Source: a virus
Taxonomy: Duplodnaviria > Caudoviricetes
Strand: one strand, 5' to 3'
IMG/VR virus record: IMGVR_UViG_3300033067_000065
Span: 1-42,641 of that record
Length of the DNA stretch: 42,641 nt
Below, in pieces: positions 6,941 through 17,700 of this stretch (its first letter is position 1; each line of letters begins with the position of its first letter). The translations under genes were made by a program, and so were the position numbers. The notes beneath the pieces are model-generated. The model was not told the DNA's origin, made no database searches, and saw nothing but the letters and a program-made list of their open reading frames with translations.

Positions 6941-8017
6941 TTAAAGCTCCGCCGATGCTGTGAAGTACGAAGAACCACCAGATGCAGATGAACACATTGT
7001 CCCGCTTGCGGCTGAGCCGCCAGTCACGCCGAGGTCTACTTGCGCCATCTCTGGAATGGAATAATTTGTTCCAAGAGATGAGTATATAGCAGTGCCTCCT
7101 CCATAAAACCAAGTGGGGGAGCCGACTACCGCAATGGTCATATTGGCTCTCATTGTTACCTTCAAAGGCCAAGTGCATCGTGCGATTGCTGCTGGAGCAA
7201 GAGATGTTCCGTAGCTATTTTGTAAAAGCTGAAAATACCGTTGACACAAAGCCAACTCAGTACCATACGGGCGGTAGTCAAAGCTCGTTGCTGTTGAGCC
7301 TTTTTCGAGTTGAACGCCTGTGATGTAGAAGGTGGCTCCAGATGTGCCGACTACGCTGGTTGCGCCTGTGGCTGAAAGGTACTGAGCGCCTGCCCAAGAT
7401 CCAGCAGTACCGCTATACGTTGAACCAACGCCCAATCCTAAGTTTAATTTAATACCTAAGCCATTGTTCGTCAGCCAAGTGCCTGAAGTATCACCAACAA
7501 TGGTAATCGACTTCTGTTCCCATGTGTTTGCTGCGCTGATTGTGTAAGTAAAAGGGTAACTTCTATTGCCAGCGTTGTTATTCAATGCGCCGCCAAATGT
7601 ACCAGTCAGGCTGGAACGTACCCAGAAACTTAGAGTAATAGTTGCTGCGTTGGCGGTTCCCCATCCAAGATCAGCAATGTTAAAACCCTCAATATGCTGA
7701 TTGATTGAGAAATAATCACCAGCAAGAACCGAGTACGATGACGATGATGTAACGCCAAGATAATTGGTGAAACCAGCAGGGGGTGTAACCGAGCCAGCGT
7801 TTTGCTGGACAGTGTATTTACTAGACTGAGACGTATACGCAATCCAACGGTCCACTGTATATTGAGACGCTGCTGTAACACTAGCCCCCGCATTACGCTG
7901 GTCAATCATCATCGCACCATTGATGATGCGGTTCTTGAAGCCAAAACCTGTAGCAGCGGTGTTCTGGATGGAATTATCGGGGAACCTTACGTTGTCCCCT
8001 CCGTATTGCATAGGCAT
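6941..8017 (-). CDS. Tail fibre / receptor-binding protein with carbohydrate-binding-like domain
   Basis: FKNRIINGAMMIDQRN...ITGVQLEKGSTATSFDYRPYGTELALCQRYF motifs typical of phage tail fibres. Confidence 0.8.
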   Translation of the reverse strand: MPMQYGGDNVRFPDNSIQNTAATGFGFKNRIINGAMMIDQRNAGASVTAASQYTVDRWIAYTSQSSKYTVQQNAGSVTPPAGFTNYLGVTSSSSYSVLAGDYFSINQHIEGFNIADLGWGTANAATITLSFWVRSSLTGTFGGALNNNAGNRSYPFTYTISAANTWEQKSITIVGDTSGTWLTNNGLGIKLNLGLGVGSTYSGTAGSWAGAQYLSATGATSVVGTSGATFYITGVQLEKGSTATSFDYRPYGTELALCQRYFQLLQNSYGTSLAPAAIARCTWPLKVTMRANMTIAVVGSPTWFYGGGTAIYSSLGTNYSIPEMAQVDLGVTGGSAASGTMCSSASGGSSYFTASAEL

Positions 8018-8925
8018 TATTTGTCCTCCAATGTTTCAATGCGAGCTTTAAGATCCGCAATAATTACCTGCTGTTCCTGGATGGCTGCTGTCAGAGTGGC
8101 AACCAAGAAGCTGGTGTCGATGCCTTGATAGACAGGGTTGCCGTCTGCATCCACAGCGTCTTTCTCACCTGTCACGCAGTCAGGCACAACAGCTTGCAGC
8201 TCGTGAGCAATAAAGCCTTGACCATCAGAACCATCTGTTTTCCATTTGTAGGTACAAGGTTTGAGTTGAGACACAACAGACAAAGCACCTGTCATTGGTG
8301 CAACGTTTTCTTTTAGCCGGTAATCTGACGATGTTCCGTATGTAGTTGTTGTTCCATTAGAAGTCACAGAGCCTACGGCTGACCCATCAGCTTGCCACTG
8401 TACCAAATAACGAGTACCGCCGTTATTAAGAGCATTGACTACCTGCGTATAGCCGTTTGCGGATGTTTGTGTAACATAGAATTTTGCGGTTGTAGCGGAA
8501 CTCGTAGCCCCCACCAGCAAGTTACCGCTGGAGTCGAGCGTCATTGCTTGGGTAAAGCTGATTGTGTTACCTGCTGTGCCAGAAGCCGCAGTCCACCACT
8601 GGTGTTGTCCACCATTTTGGCTATAGTAACTGGCGTAATTACTTTGCTTATATACCCAGTTCGAACCGTTATAGTAGGCGTTCAAGGTCAAAAAATTTGA
8701 GCCTGTAGCAAACGACCAAAAAGCAGATCCGTTTGGAATTTCAATGGCTGGCTTTCCCGATGCCCACGCGCTAGGCGTTACACCAATACCTACGTTACCG
8801 CTGGCATCCGTAGCCACCAGAGTGCCGTTCTGCAACGGAGGGTTCAGCGTAAAGTTACTTGCGGTAGACGCTGGGTCCGCAATGGTGACGCTACCGCCAC
8901 CAGGTGAAATTAGTTTAACTGACAT
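8017..8925 (-). CDS. Tail fibre/spike with C-terminal intramolecular chaperone (peptidase S74)
   Basis: TSSDYRLKENV...GFIAHEL...C-terminal coiled coil. Confidence 0.85.
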   Translation of the reverse strand: MSVKLISPGGGSVTIADPASTASNFTLNPPLQNGTLVATDASGNVGIGVTPSAWASGKPAIEIPNGSAFWSFATGSNFLTLNAYYNGSNWVYKQSNYASYYSQNGGQHQWWTAASGTAGNTISFTQAMTLDSSGNLLVGATSSATTAKFYVTQTSANGYTQVVNALNNGGTRYLVQWQADGSAVGSVTSNGTTTTYGTSSDYRLKENVAPMTGALSVVSQLKPCTYKWKTDGSDGQGFIAHELQAVVPDCVTGEKDAVDADGNPVYQGIDTSFLVATLTAAIQEQQVIIADLKARIETLEDK

Positions 8926-8934
8926 CGAGATACC

Positions 8935-9414
8935 TTAAACAATAGTCCATACAGAACCAGAAGGAACAGTCACGGTCACACCTGAGTTGATCGTTACAGG
9001 ACCAGCAGACAGTGCGTTCTTACCAGAGGAGATCGTGTAGTTAGTGGTCACGACCTGATCGTTCTCTTGGAACACAGCGTCCGTACCACCACCAGTGGCA
9101 CCACCACCAATCGAACCCCAGGCAGAACCGAGCCAGCCTTCAAACTTAGAGAGGGTCGTGTTGAAACGCAGCCAGCCAGCCGAAGGCGTACCATCACGCT
9201 GGGCAGTGGTACCTGCGGGGATCTGAGCGGAGCCTGTGTTGCCTGTCTTAGGGACTGTAGAGGCTTCCTTGGCCAGTGGAGTTCCACCAACCGTAGTGCC
9301 GTCATGGGCAACCAGCGTCTTCTTGCTGGTGTCCATCGTCACTTCACCAGCAGCGCCAGTAAAGGTACTATGTTGAGCCGTAGTACCACGGCGAATCTTT
9401 AGAAGTCTTGCCAT
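8935..9414 (-). CDS. Tail fibre adaptor (Mtd/hyaluronidase N-terminal-like repeat)
   Basis: LKIRRGTTAQ...GEVTMDT...HDGTTVGG and GTTAQR...LRFNTT...FEG motifs. Confidence 0.7.
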   Translation of the reverse strand: MARLLKIRRGTTAQHSTFTGAAGEVTMDTSKKTLVAHDGTTVGGTPLAKEASTVPKTGNTGSAQIPAGTTAQRDGTPSAGWLRFNTTLSKFEGWLGSAWGSIGGGATGGGTDAVFQENDQVVTTNYTISSGKNALSAGPVTINSGVTVTVPSGSVWTIV

Positions 9415-10859
9415 TATGGAATAGTCCCGAAGTCAATTGTGTCGGTCCAGCTTGCGACTGTACCGTCCGTAGTCAAGAAATTACCCGACTGCCCTGTCTG
9501 GGAGGGGGTATAAGAAGCAGCTAGAGTAGCTGAGTTTGCTGCATTAGTTGCACTTGTAGCTGCAGCAGTGGCCGAGCTGGCCGCATTGGTAGCTGAAGTT
9601 GCAGCATTGGTTGCACTCGTGGCCGCAGCAGACGCACTACCAGAGGCAGTAGTTGCGCTAGAGGCAGCAGAGGTAGCTGAAGTTGACGCATTGCTGGCCT
9701 GGGTGGTTGCCGTAGTGGCAGACCCAGCAGCAGCCGTAGCTGATCCTGCAGCCGCAGTGGCTGAGGTGGAGGCAGCGGTAGCTGAACTTGCAGCGTTGGA
9801 TGCAGCCGTAGAGGCATCAGCAGCCTTAGCGGTAGCTGTACCTGCAGAGCTGGATGCGCTGGTTGCCGAGCTTGCTGCGGAGTTCGCAGAGCTGGCAGCG
9901 TTAGTAGCTGAGGTAGATGCAGCACTAGCTGAGGATGCAGCCTGTGTGGCAGCAGTCCCTGCGCTGGAGGCCGAGGTGGAAGCAGAAGACGCACTACCAG
10001 AAGCTGCACTGGCCTGACCTGTAGCCGTCAAAGCTGACGAGGCAGCAGACGATTCAGAGGCAGCAGCGTTAGTAGCTGAGGTAGCAGCAGCATTCTTGCT
10101 AGACAGGGCTGAAGCAGCCGAGGAGCTGGCAGAGGTAGCCGAGCTGGCCGCATTGGTCTCAGAGGTAGCAGCAGCACTGGCAGATGCAGCAGCAGCCAAA
10201 GCGGACGCTGGAGCATTCTGGATGTCCGTCATGTGCGTAGCAGCATCCTCGATGGCAGCAATGTTCTCTGCCACGGTGATGATCGCTGAAGTACCTGGAG
10301 GGGTACTAGGATCGACACCATCAGCGATAGAACCCAGGTCAGTGGACAGAGCCACACTCAGACCCAGGTCGTTAGCAACCACTGAGATGTCAGCACGGTT
10401 GGAAGCTACAGCAGCAATGGCAGGGTACTCATAATCCAGAGTTCCCTTGATCACCACCTCATCATCACTCAGAGCTGGTGCAATGTTACCAAGACGTTTG
10501 GCCTGGCCATCCCAGCGTCCTGTCGAGTTGAGACTAATAGTCTCATCAACACGATCTGCAGATTCCTGGGCAATGTATGTATCGAACGTTGCGAGAAGGT
10601 CTAGGTCTCGCTCAAGAAGGACAGAGCCATCCGTGAAGTTCACTGGAGGACTGTCTTTAGGTGTCACCCGCTTGATCTCAATCACTGAGCCTACAGTGGG
10701 TGTAGGTGCAATAGTGACGGTGTTGGCGTTCAGGAAAGTGAATACCGCATCCGTACCATCGACTTTCACCTTCACATGGTCCGCACTAATGTATGCGAAT
10801 GGGAAGGTGTAACTGGCAGTGGTACCGTTTCCCGTGTACCGAACTATAGAGTACGCCAC
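9414..10859 (-). CDS. gp17: Tail fibre protein with T7 gp17-like N-terminal anchor and long Ala/Ser/Thr stalk
   Basis: N-terminal YTFPFAYI...VKVKVDG...IKRVTP...FTDGSVL domain, followed by a low-complexity AAxSA repeat stalk. Confidence 0.9.
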   Translation of the reverse strand: MAYSIVRYTGNGTTASYTFPFAYISADHVKVKVDGTDAVFTFLNANTVTIAPTPTVGSVIEIKRVTPKDSPPVNFTDGSVLLERDLDLLATFDTYIAQESADRVDETISLNSTGRWDGQAKRLGNIAPALSDDEVVIKGTLDYEYPAIAAVASNRADISVVANDLGLSVALSTDLGSIADGVDPSTPPGTSAIITVAENIAAIEDAATHMTDIQNAPASALAAAASASAAATSETNAASSATSASSSAASALSSKNAAATSATNAAASESSAASSALTATGQASAASGSASSASTSASSAGTAATQAASSASAASTSATNAASSANSAASSATSASSSAGTATAKAADASTAASNAASSATAASTSATAAAGSATAAAGSATTATTQASNASTSATSAASSATTASGSASAAATSATNAATSATNAASSATAAATSATNAANSATLAASYTPSQTGQSGNFLTTDGTVASWTDTIDFGTIP

Positions 10860-10869
10860 TTAAATCTCC

Positions 10870-10905
10870 AAAAGAATCCCCCCAGGTGTGACCCTGGAGG
10901 GGGAT
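10870..10905 (-). terminator. Rho-independent terminator-like hairpin before the tail fibre gene
   Basis: ATCCCCCTCCAGG-gtcaca-CCTGGGGGGAT followed by TCTTTT on minus. Confidence 0.6.
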
Positions 10906-10908
10906 GTT

Positions 10909-13900
10909 TTAATAAGGCCGTTTAGAATCAAATAGGCCAGCCTTGGCCTTCTGCTCATAGAGGATGTTGTCCTGCCATTTCTTTAGGACAGCCTGTTCTT
11001 GGTTCATGGTCTGCATGAGTGCAGCATCTTGAAGATCCTTCATGGTTGACTGCACGAGTTCTACGCGATCAGCTTTGACCTTGAACGTACCGTCAGGCAT
11101 GGGTTCCTTCAGGATGGGGTAGAGAGCTTTTTCAGGCTCAAGAGCCTTATAGTTCTCCTGCCACACATCGTAGAGTGTTCGCTTCCCATCAGCGGCTAAC
11201 AGGGTACGAAGATCGAGATCCCCCAACTCCTGGGCCTTTGTAGGAGGCTTGAAGGTTGCCCCTGTCACACGAGACAAACGATCCAACTCCTGCATCACAA
11301 AGAGGGACTCAGGGTTCATTCCCTTGTTCCGCTCCTCGACTGAGGCGGTGGAGAACACATTCCACAGAGAACCTGTATCGGTGAGGCGGCGCTGGTTACC
11401 CAAGACATCGTAGGAGTACGGAGTCTTGATGTTGTCATACCCAAAAGGACGAGCTAGCTTCTCCTCTACCACCTGCCAGAAAGTCACAGGGTCTTTGATC
11501 GTTGGATCATTGTCCTTTGCAATCTTGTGCAAGGTGTTTGGAACCAGAGTTTGCAGTCGGTCACCCATCAGTTTCAAGAAGGCATCTTCGTGCTTCTCTG
11601 GATCGGTGATGTTCTGCCCAAACTTGTAGAGCTGGTTGATACCTTCCGTGAGGTTGGCATCCTTGATTGCAGCAGCAACAGCAGTGACACCCACGGTCAC
11701 ATAGGCCATCGCTTTGTCGAACTCAGACTTATCCACAAACTCGCCCTGAGCTTCTCTCAAAGCCAGACGATCGGCCCTCTCAAGACCGTTGATGATGATC
11801 TTTAAGGGTGTCGCTAGGGGGTCGAAGTTACGGAATGACCACGTAGAACCATCCGACATCTTGATCGTATAGGGTTCTGGCAGGGGACCATCAGTGCGTG
11901 TTCTCTGTTGTTTCCAATCTGAGTAGGCACCGTCACCTGTAATACGACCTTGGCCATAGAGAGACAGGGCAGCACCAGCGATAGCCAGGGATGTCATTGC
12001 CTCAGCCTGGGCACGAACCTGACGCAGAGCACCGTTGGAACCATAGAGGTCTTGCACGAAGCCTGGGGCAAGGATCTGGAGGCCTGGAGTTAGGCGAATG
12101 CCCTCCTCAAAGACCCTTACAGGGGTACGGAAGAAGAGCTGACCAATAGCCAACTTGAGGGTTGGGAACTTGTTCATCGCCTCTTCGTAGGTAGCAGCGG
12201 CTTTTGAGGCAAAGTTGTCCCCTGTGAACTTCCGTTTGTACAAAACATCACGGACAAAGTTCAGTGCTTCCTCATCTGTCCCCTTCAAGAGGGCTTGAGG
12301 ATCACGCATGGCCTCACGTTCTACCCAGCGGAAGAGTTCTTCCCCTGTCAGACCGAGGTTAACACCTTTGTTGATGATGGGTTGGACAAGTTCTTGACCA
12401 TTTGTGGTGGCTCTAGAGGTTACAAGGGCGGCTTTGACCGCCTTATCGACTGCATCATTCATCGCCTCCCCTGTCAGACCCTTCTCCTGAGCCTTAATTG
12501 CAGCTTCAGCCGCAGCTCGACCAGCCACGAACGAGTCGTAGTTGATACGGGAGAGGAATTCGTCAGAGGCATTCAGGATACGAGGGAGAACACGGAGTCC
12601 ACCACCCAACTTACCCTTCATCGCCATCTCACCCTCGACCAAACGGGTACCGTCACGGGTCAAGAGGGCCTGCTCATAGCGGTAGCCAGCCTTAGCTGCC
12701 TGCCATGCACCACTGAAAGACGACCTCATGGCACTATAGGAGGCCATAGCCTCGATACGGGCCACCTTGTCGAGCGGGTTAGTGACCACCAGCTTCAATC
12801 CAGGGATCACCAGTGTCTTGAGGCCAGATGGAATCAAGTTCACCAGCACGGTCTTCAGTGAGAAGACGTTGGAGATCACGAACTCGTTGAGCTTCTGGAT
12901 GAACGTGGCCCCACCAGGAGCAATGTTCTCGCCTAGAGATGCTATGGCACGAGCCTTCTGCGTGGCTAGTACGGCCTTCTGCGTCAGACTATCAGTCTCA
13001 GCAATACGGGCGTCCCATTCAGCAGCGACCTTACGGGCCTCTGCAGTACGAGCAGCCTTGTCCACAAGGTCAGCCCAGATAGCCTGAGCTTCAGCCTTGG
13101 TTACGCCCTTCTCAGCCATGATGGACTCGACAGTGATGCCGTTCACACCAGGCAGGCCCTCCTGACGTTGACGGAGCAACGAGCCAGAGAAGGAGCCGAT
13201 GGCATCATCCGCTAGAATGGCAGCATCACGAGCCTCTAGTTGAGCCTGACGGGCTGTGAGGGACGCGATCTCATCGGGGTTGGTAGCTTTCTGCAGGGCC
13301 TTTGTGACCTCTGCCAGCTCGATCTTCACCTCCTTGGCGTAGTCCTGGATGCCTCGTGCGAGGACCTGGAACTGCTCAAGGGAGTATTGACCCGTGCGTA
13401 CCTGCTCGAGAACCGCAGGGAGATCCTTAGTCTCAACCCCACGTAGCTGCTCCACGATAGGTGCAGCCACCCTACCCTGCTCGTCCATGTTGACGGCAGT
13501 GTGACGCATACCAGTGTTGGCTACGTCAGGGACATCGAGCTTAGGGGAACCAGCAGGAACTTCAGGAACGATCCCGTCAGCAGGTAGGCGACCCTTCTGT
13601 TGACGGGCAGCGGCATCAGCCAACTCAGAGGGAGTTAGGGTTGAGCCTAGAGGCTTACCTTCAGGCAGGACTTCAGCAGCCTTACCATCAGGGAGCGCCT
13701 CCGCAGCTTTCACCTCAAGAGTAGCAGCGGCCTTACCTTCTGCATCCTTAGCCACACCACTCACACTGGGCGCAGCCTCATCAACCACTGCAGCAGCCTT
13801 CTCGCCACCCTTACGGGCACCACGAACCAGACCAGCGATCTTTGCAGCGGCCATATCTGCACCAGTGCCAAGGATCACACCGCCAGTGGCAGCGATACCT

Positions 13901-15000
13901 GTATCCAGTGCAACCTGGCCAAGGCTGATCTCATCACGGCGACCAGCAGACACCTCAACGCCCTGCTTGATCGAGCTTGCTGTGCCTCCTTGGATGCCCG
14001 ACTCGATACCAGCGGTAATGCCAGTACGGGCCACAGACTCCTTAACGCCTTCCATGAGGCTCTTTTCGACAGCCAAACGTGCAGCCTCGATCTCAGCCTT
14101 ACGGCCAATCAGCTTACCTGCAGTCGCAATACCAAGAGTCCCCAGACCAAGATAGGTCGTAGGGTCAGTCATCGTTGTACCAATAGCCCGAGCTACACCA
14201 CCAGCAGTTGTGTTGGTGTTGTCGTAGGTGTCGAGCATATACAAGAAGGCTCGTTTCTCTTCATCGCTGGCATTCACAACAGTTTTGGCGATACGGGCCA
14301 TGTTGACCATATCGTAGTTGAAGTTGTAGATACCATTCACACCATAGGCAGCAGCGTCCTCTTGAGAACCAGAGAATGGCTTACGCTCGAAGAGGTTGTA
14401 CATCAGCATAGACGCTTTGACCCAATCAGGATCTTTGTACAAAGTCTTAGGCTCAATGTTCTGACGGACAGGTGCCCAAGGTTGGTAGCCTACAGGCGCT
14501 CGTCCAGTCACCTTCTCGACATATGTGGTGGTCTCTGGGTTACCCCATTTGGAAGGGTCCCACCCACCGTTGTATGCACGGAGAGCATCCTCCATGTTGC
14601 CAAACTTGGTGACGTTCTCACGCATCACCTCTCGGTGCATCAGGAGAGCATCGTCCTCATTGAACGAGTCCAGCTTACGACCAAGACGTTTCTCTAGGTT
14701 TGCCTTAGTGGCTGGCATAACTTGAGCCAACCCTTCAGCACCACGCTTGCTAACAACCGTAGAGTTGAACCCAGACTCGACTTGGATCTGTCTCTCAGAG
14801 GTCCCTACAGGGAACCCGAGCATACGGTCTGTCTCTTGAAGGAAAGCCCTACGGCGATCCCCAGAGGGGGCTGCAGGGGTCTGCGCTGGCTGGGAGGGAG
14901 AAGCAGCCCAAGAAGGCACCGCTTCTGTAGACGATGCCCAGGCTGGGACTGGTTCAGCTTTAGGCTGTTCTCTAGCCCAATCTGGAATATCATTAGCCAT
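10909..15000 (-). CDS. gp16: Large internal virion protein with lytic transglycosylase domain (gp16-like)
   Basis: 1363 aa; N-terminal SLT motifs QVESGF, GLAQVMPAT and ALRAYNGG; position. Confidence 0.88.
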   Translation of the reverse strand: MANDIPDWAREQPKAEPVPAWASSTEAVPSWAASPSQPAQTPAAPSGDRRRAFLQETDRMLGFPVGTSERQIQVESGFNSTVVSKRGAEGLAQVMPATKANLEKRLGRKLDSFNEDDALLMHREVMRENVTKFGNMEDALRAYNGGWDPSKWGNPETTTYVEKVTGRAPVGYQPWAPVRQNIEPKTLYKDPDWVKASMLMYNLFERKPFSGSQEDAAAYGVNGIYNFNYDMVNMARIAKTVVNASDEEKRAFLYMLDTYDNTNTTAGGVARAIGTTMTDPTTYLGLGTLGIATAGKLIGRKAEIEAARLAVEKSLMEGVKESVARTGITAGIESGIQGGTASSIKQGVEVSAGRRDEISLGQVALDTGIAATGGVILGTGADMAAAKIAGLVRGARKGGEKAAAVVDEAAPSVSGVAKDAEGKAAATLEVKAAEALPDGKAAEVLPEGKPLGSTLTPSELADAAARQQKGRLPADGIVPEVPAGSPKLDVPDVANTGMRHTAVNMDEQGRVAAPIVEQLRGVETKDLPAVLEQVRTGQYSLEQFQVLARGIQDYAKEVKIELAEVTKALQKATNPDEIASLTARQAQLEARDAAILADDAIGSFSGSLLRQRQEGLPGVNGITVESIMAEKGVTKAEAQAIWADLVDKAARTAEARKVAAEWDARIAETDSLTQKAVLATQKARAIASLGENIAPGGATFIQKLNEFVISNVFSLKTVLVNLIPSGLKTLVIPGLKLVVTNPLDKVARIEAMASYSAMRSSFSGAWQAAKAGYRYEQALLTRDGTRLVEGEMAMKGKLGGGLRVLPRILNASDEFLSRINYDSFVAGRAAAEAAIKAQEKGLTGEAMNDAVDKAVKAALVTSRATTNGQELVQPIINKGVNLGLTGEELFRWVEREAMRDPQALLKGTDEEALNFVRDVLYKRKFTGDNFASKAAATYEEAMNKFPTLKLAIGQLFFRTPVRVFEEGIRLTPGLQILAPGFVQDLYGSNGALRQVRAQAEAMTSLAIAGAALSLYGQGRITGDGAYSDWKQQRTRTDGPLPEPYTIKMSDGSTWSFRNFDPLATPLKIIINGLERADRLALREAQGEFVDKSEFDKAMAYVTVGVTAVAAAIKDANLTEGINQLYKFGQNITDPEKHEDAFLKLMGDRLQTLVPNTLHKIAKDNDPTIKDPVTFWQVVEEKLARPFGYDNIKTPYSYDVLGNQRRLTDTGSLWNVFSTASVEERNKGMNPESLFVMQELDRLSRVTGATFKPPTKAQELGDLDLRTLLAADGKRTLYDVWQENYKALEPEKALYPILKEPMPDGTFKVKADRVELVQSTMKDLQDAALMQTMNQEQAVLKKWQDNILYEQKAKAGLFDSKRPY

Positions 15001-16652
15001 TAAGGCTCCCTTCCGAATTGATCAATAAATTTCTGTTTGAACTGAGGGTTCTTCTTGACGAAGTCAATGTCCGCCTGAGTTGGCTGTGGTTTAGCTGCAG
15101 GCTTGGACGCAGGTTTAGCTGCAGGAGTTGCCTGAGGAGCTGGCTGAGTACCTGCCTCAGTAGCGCCACCAATCTTCACCTGCTGCTGGATAAACTTCTC
15201 AGCATTATCTACAGCCGAATCAATGATCTCACGCTTGGCTCGACCAGTTGGCCACTTCCCGTTCTCCTCGTAGTAGTCCGAGAAGCGTGTACGAATCTCA
15301 TTATCAAAGAGCTTCACAGCGTTACCACGAAGGTTTGTACCTGTGGTGATCGACTGGATTCGCTGATTGGCTGACTTCTCTAGAGCTTCAAGCTGGGGAC
15401 CAATACGGGTCGAGTAGACGCTCTTGACCATCTCATCGTTCATGGCAATCGTACCCTCGATCAGCTTAGGTATCTCCTTGATGAGATCTGCTTTCTCTTT
15501 AGGGTTGATGTCCTTACGGGCCAAGATGCCGTCAATGGCTTTGTTTTGATCAAGATCACCCACGGTGGATGTGCTGAGGATCTTGGAACGCTCACGCTGG
15601 AGGTTGGCCTGGCTGACAGCATCAGAGACCACACCCGTGTCCTTCATCGTCAAAGCGAAATTGAAGGCGTCTGGGTTTGTTCGGTACATCGCAGGGTTCA
15701 CCTGCTTGCCAGCGGCCACATCCTGAATCATCTGCAGCTTGGCATTACGAGTCTCCTCCTCACGCTGATAGTTAGTCAGCGTCTGAGCATTCCGAATGGT
15801 GGACATACGGGCTTCTTGGATCTGCAGTTTGACCTGCTGAACCTGCGCCTTAGTCTCCGCATTGAGGAAGCGGTCAGGAATCCTATCGAGGACCTCTGGA
15901 GTCAGTGAGCCAAACGCCTGCTTTGTGAATGTATCCACAACCAGTTTGTTTCGCTCGATGTTGTTCAGTGAGGACGAAGCCTTCCACTCAGCATCCAGTT
16001 TCTCAAGGGCTTCCTTCGGATTTGGTGCCGACATTGCATCAACAATCTTATTCCCAAAATCCTTGGCCTGCGTTTCCTTGTAGAACTCAGCCGACTTTCG
16101 TTGCCAGCCGTTCTGCCATTGGTTCAACTCTCGGTCTATAGATGAGGAATACCCAGACAAATAGAACTCGTTACCAGGGTCCGCTTTTGCGGCACCTGCG
16201 AGAAGCTCGGTCTTCTTCTGTTTGATGAACGCATCACGTTTTGCGGAATCGTTGATCAAATCCGCATTGTTGTTGATCTCATCAATCACACCCTGCACAG
16301 CAGTTTTACCATGCTCCTGGCCTACACCCTCAGCCACACGGGCACGGACGATAGGCACAGTCTCAGGGAACCGTTGGCCAACTTGAGCAGCCGTAACCGC
16401 ACCGCTCTGCTGATCCTTCGTAAACTGCTCTTTGTAAAAGCCTTCCTTAAGGATCTGCTCCTGCATCCTCTTACGTTCAAAGTCCTCCATCATGCGATCC
16501 ATGACTGGTTGCGCTTTCGCAAACATCGCTCCCAGCTGGACGGCTTTGATGGAACCAGGGTCTTGAGGGACAATCTGGGTTTGAATGTTAGGTGAGGCCG
16601 TAGTTTGTAGCGCCTCAGCACCAGGGTTATACCCTACCTGAACTCTCGGCAT
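15000..16652 (-). CDS. Internal virion protein (gp15-like)
   Basis: Helical 550-aa protein in the syntenic position. Confidence 0.7.
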   Translation of the reverse strand: MPRVQVGYNPGAEALQTTASPNIQTQIVPQDPGSIKAVQLGAMFAKAQPVMDRMMEDFERKRMQEQILKEGFYKEQFTKDQQSGAVTAAQVGQRFPETVPIVRARVAEGVGQEHGKTAVQGVIDEINNNADLINDSAKRDAFIKQKKTELLAGAAKADPGNEFYLSGYSSSIDRELNQWQNGWQRKSAEFYKETQAKDFGNKIVDAMSAPNPKEALEKLDAEWKASSSLNNIERNKLVVDTFTKQAFGSLTPEVLDRIPDRFLNAETKAQVQQVKLQIQEARMSTIRNAQTLTNYQREEETRNAKLQMIQDVAAGKQVNPAMYRTNPDAFNFALTMKDTGVVSDAVSQANLQRERSKILSTSTVGDLDQNKAIDGILARKDINPKEKADLIKEIPKLIEGTIAMNDEMVKSVYSTRIGPQLEALEKSANQRIQSITTGTNLRGNAVKLFDNEIRTRFSDYYEENGKWPTGRAKREIIDSAVDNAEKFIQQQVKIGGATEAGTQPAPQATPAAKPASKPAAKPQPTQADIDFVKKNPQFKQKFIDQFGREP

Positions 16653-16664
16653 ATATATTCCTAA

Positions 16665-17174
16665 TTACTTATGTGCTTCACTATACTTCAAATACGAATC
16701 CCCAATACGGAGACCCGCTGTAGCATAGTCAGGCATATTGGGAGTGCGTATACCAGCAATGACGTTGGCTGCGCTCGTATTTGCGTTCTGACGCTGGGTT
16801 TCAATTGCACCCATACTACGATCATAGTTGGTGGCAACGGCTGTGTTATAGCGGCTTTGATCCATAGAGATGCTGTCCAGTAATGAACCAACGGACAAGC
16901 CGCTGATACCACTCTCTCCAGCAGCCGTAAAAGCAGTAGACTTCGCAGCATCAGCCTTAAGGTTGTTTTGCTCCAGCTTCTGCATAGTTCCTTCACGCTC
17001 TTGTACCATCTCCAGATTTGTCTGGTTGATGTTGGCGTCCCGAGCAGCTATGGCGTTCTTATACTGCTGTTCGTTCTGAGCATTGGTATATTTCACCTGC
17101 TGCTGCTGGGCGTCAATCGAGATAGCTGAGGTGGCAGCTGTGATTACCAGCATGGCGGTGGTTGGATCACACAT
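16665..17174 (-). CDS. Internal virion protein (gp14-like)
   Basis: MCDP start, hydrophobic N-terminus, AAGESGISGLSV motif. Confidence 0.8.
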   Translation of the reverse strand: MCDPTTAMLVITAATSAISIDAQQQQVKYTNAQNEQQYKNAIAARDANINQTNLEMVQEREGTMQKLEQNNLKADAAKSTAFTAAGESGISGLSVGSLLDSISMDQSRYNTAVATNYDRSMGAIETQRQNANTSAANVIAGIRTPNMPDYATAGLRIGDSYLKYSEAHK

Positions 17175-17175
17175 A

Positions 17176-17700
17176 TTAAATCACCTTTGTAAATTTGACG
17201 AAGTATTCCCCGTCTGGTCCCATCTGCTCTGGGAACCCAAAGTCAAACCCAAGCCACTTTAGCCAGCGGATGTGTTCTTTGTTCTGGGTCCAGGCGATGT
17301 TGAATAGGAGAGGATAGCCTTCAGACATCTCCTCAAGAAACACCTTGGCCTCCCTGAGGAATGGCTTGCGGATCTCTTTGAGAAGCTCTGAGGCCAGCAT
17401 CCAGGGGATACCAACCTCACCCTTCTTGCCACCAACCCCGAAGATTGCGACCACACGGCCATCCAGAAGGACGGTACGGCAGTAGTCACCACCTAGGAAG
17501 CCAGCCCTTAGGGCATCGCCAGGATTGGCTCTAGCGAGATGCCAGATCTCATCCTTGTCTTCCTGACGCATGGTCACGGTCAACTCAGCGATGTCCTTGA
17601 GGTTTGTCTGGCGTACCTCGATGTTAGACGGCCTTGCTACGTTTGACGTAGAAGCCTTCCCAGTCTGCGCTGAGGAATGTACTTGGGAGGGGACTGTCAT
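17176..17700 (-). CDS. gp13-like protein (acetyltransferase-like fold); start uncertain
   Basis: MRQEDKDE...NKEHIRWLKWLGF motif; located after tail tubular B. The true start may be nearer 17625. Confidence 0.75.
   Translation of the reverse strand: MTVPSQVHSSAQTGKASTSNVARPSNIEVRQTNLKDIAELTVTMRQEDKDEIWHLARANPGDALRAGFLGGDYCRTVLLDGRVVAIFGVGGKKGEVGIPWMLASELLKEIRKPFLREAKVFLEEMSEGYPLLFNIAWTQNKEHIRWLKWLGFDFGFPEQMGPDGEYFVKFTKVI

Noticed and set aside
8935-9414. Diversity-generating retroelement suggested by the Mtd-like N-terminal motif
   Set aside because: No reverse transcriptase and no TR/VR repeat pair seen.
9521-10434. Alternative-frame ORFs in the tail fibre stalk
   Set aside because: Artefacts of Ala/Ser/Thr low-complexity codon repeats.
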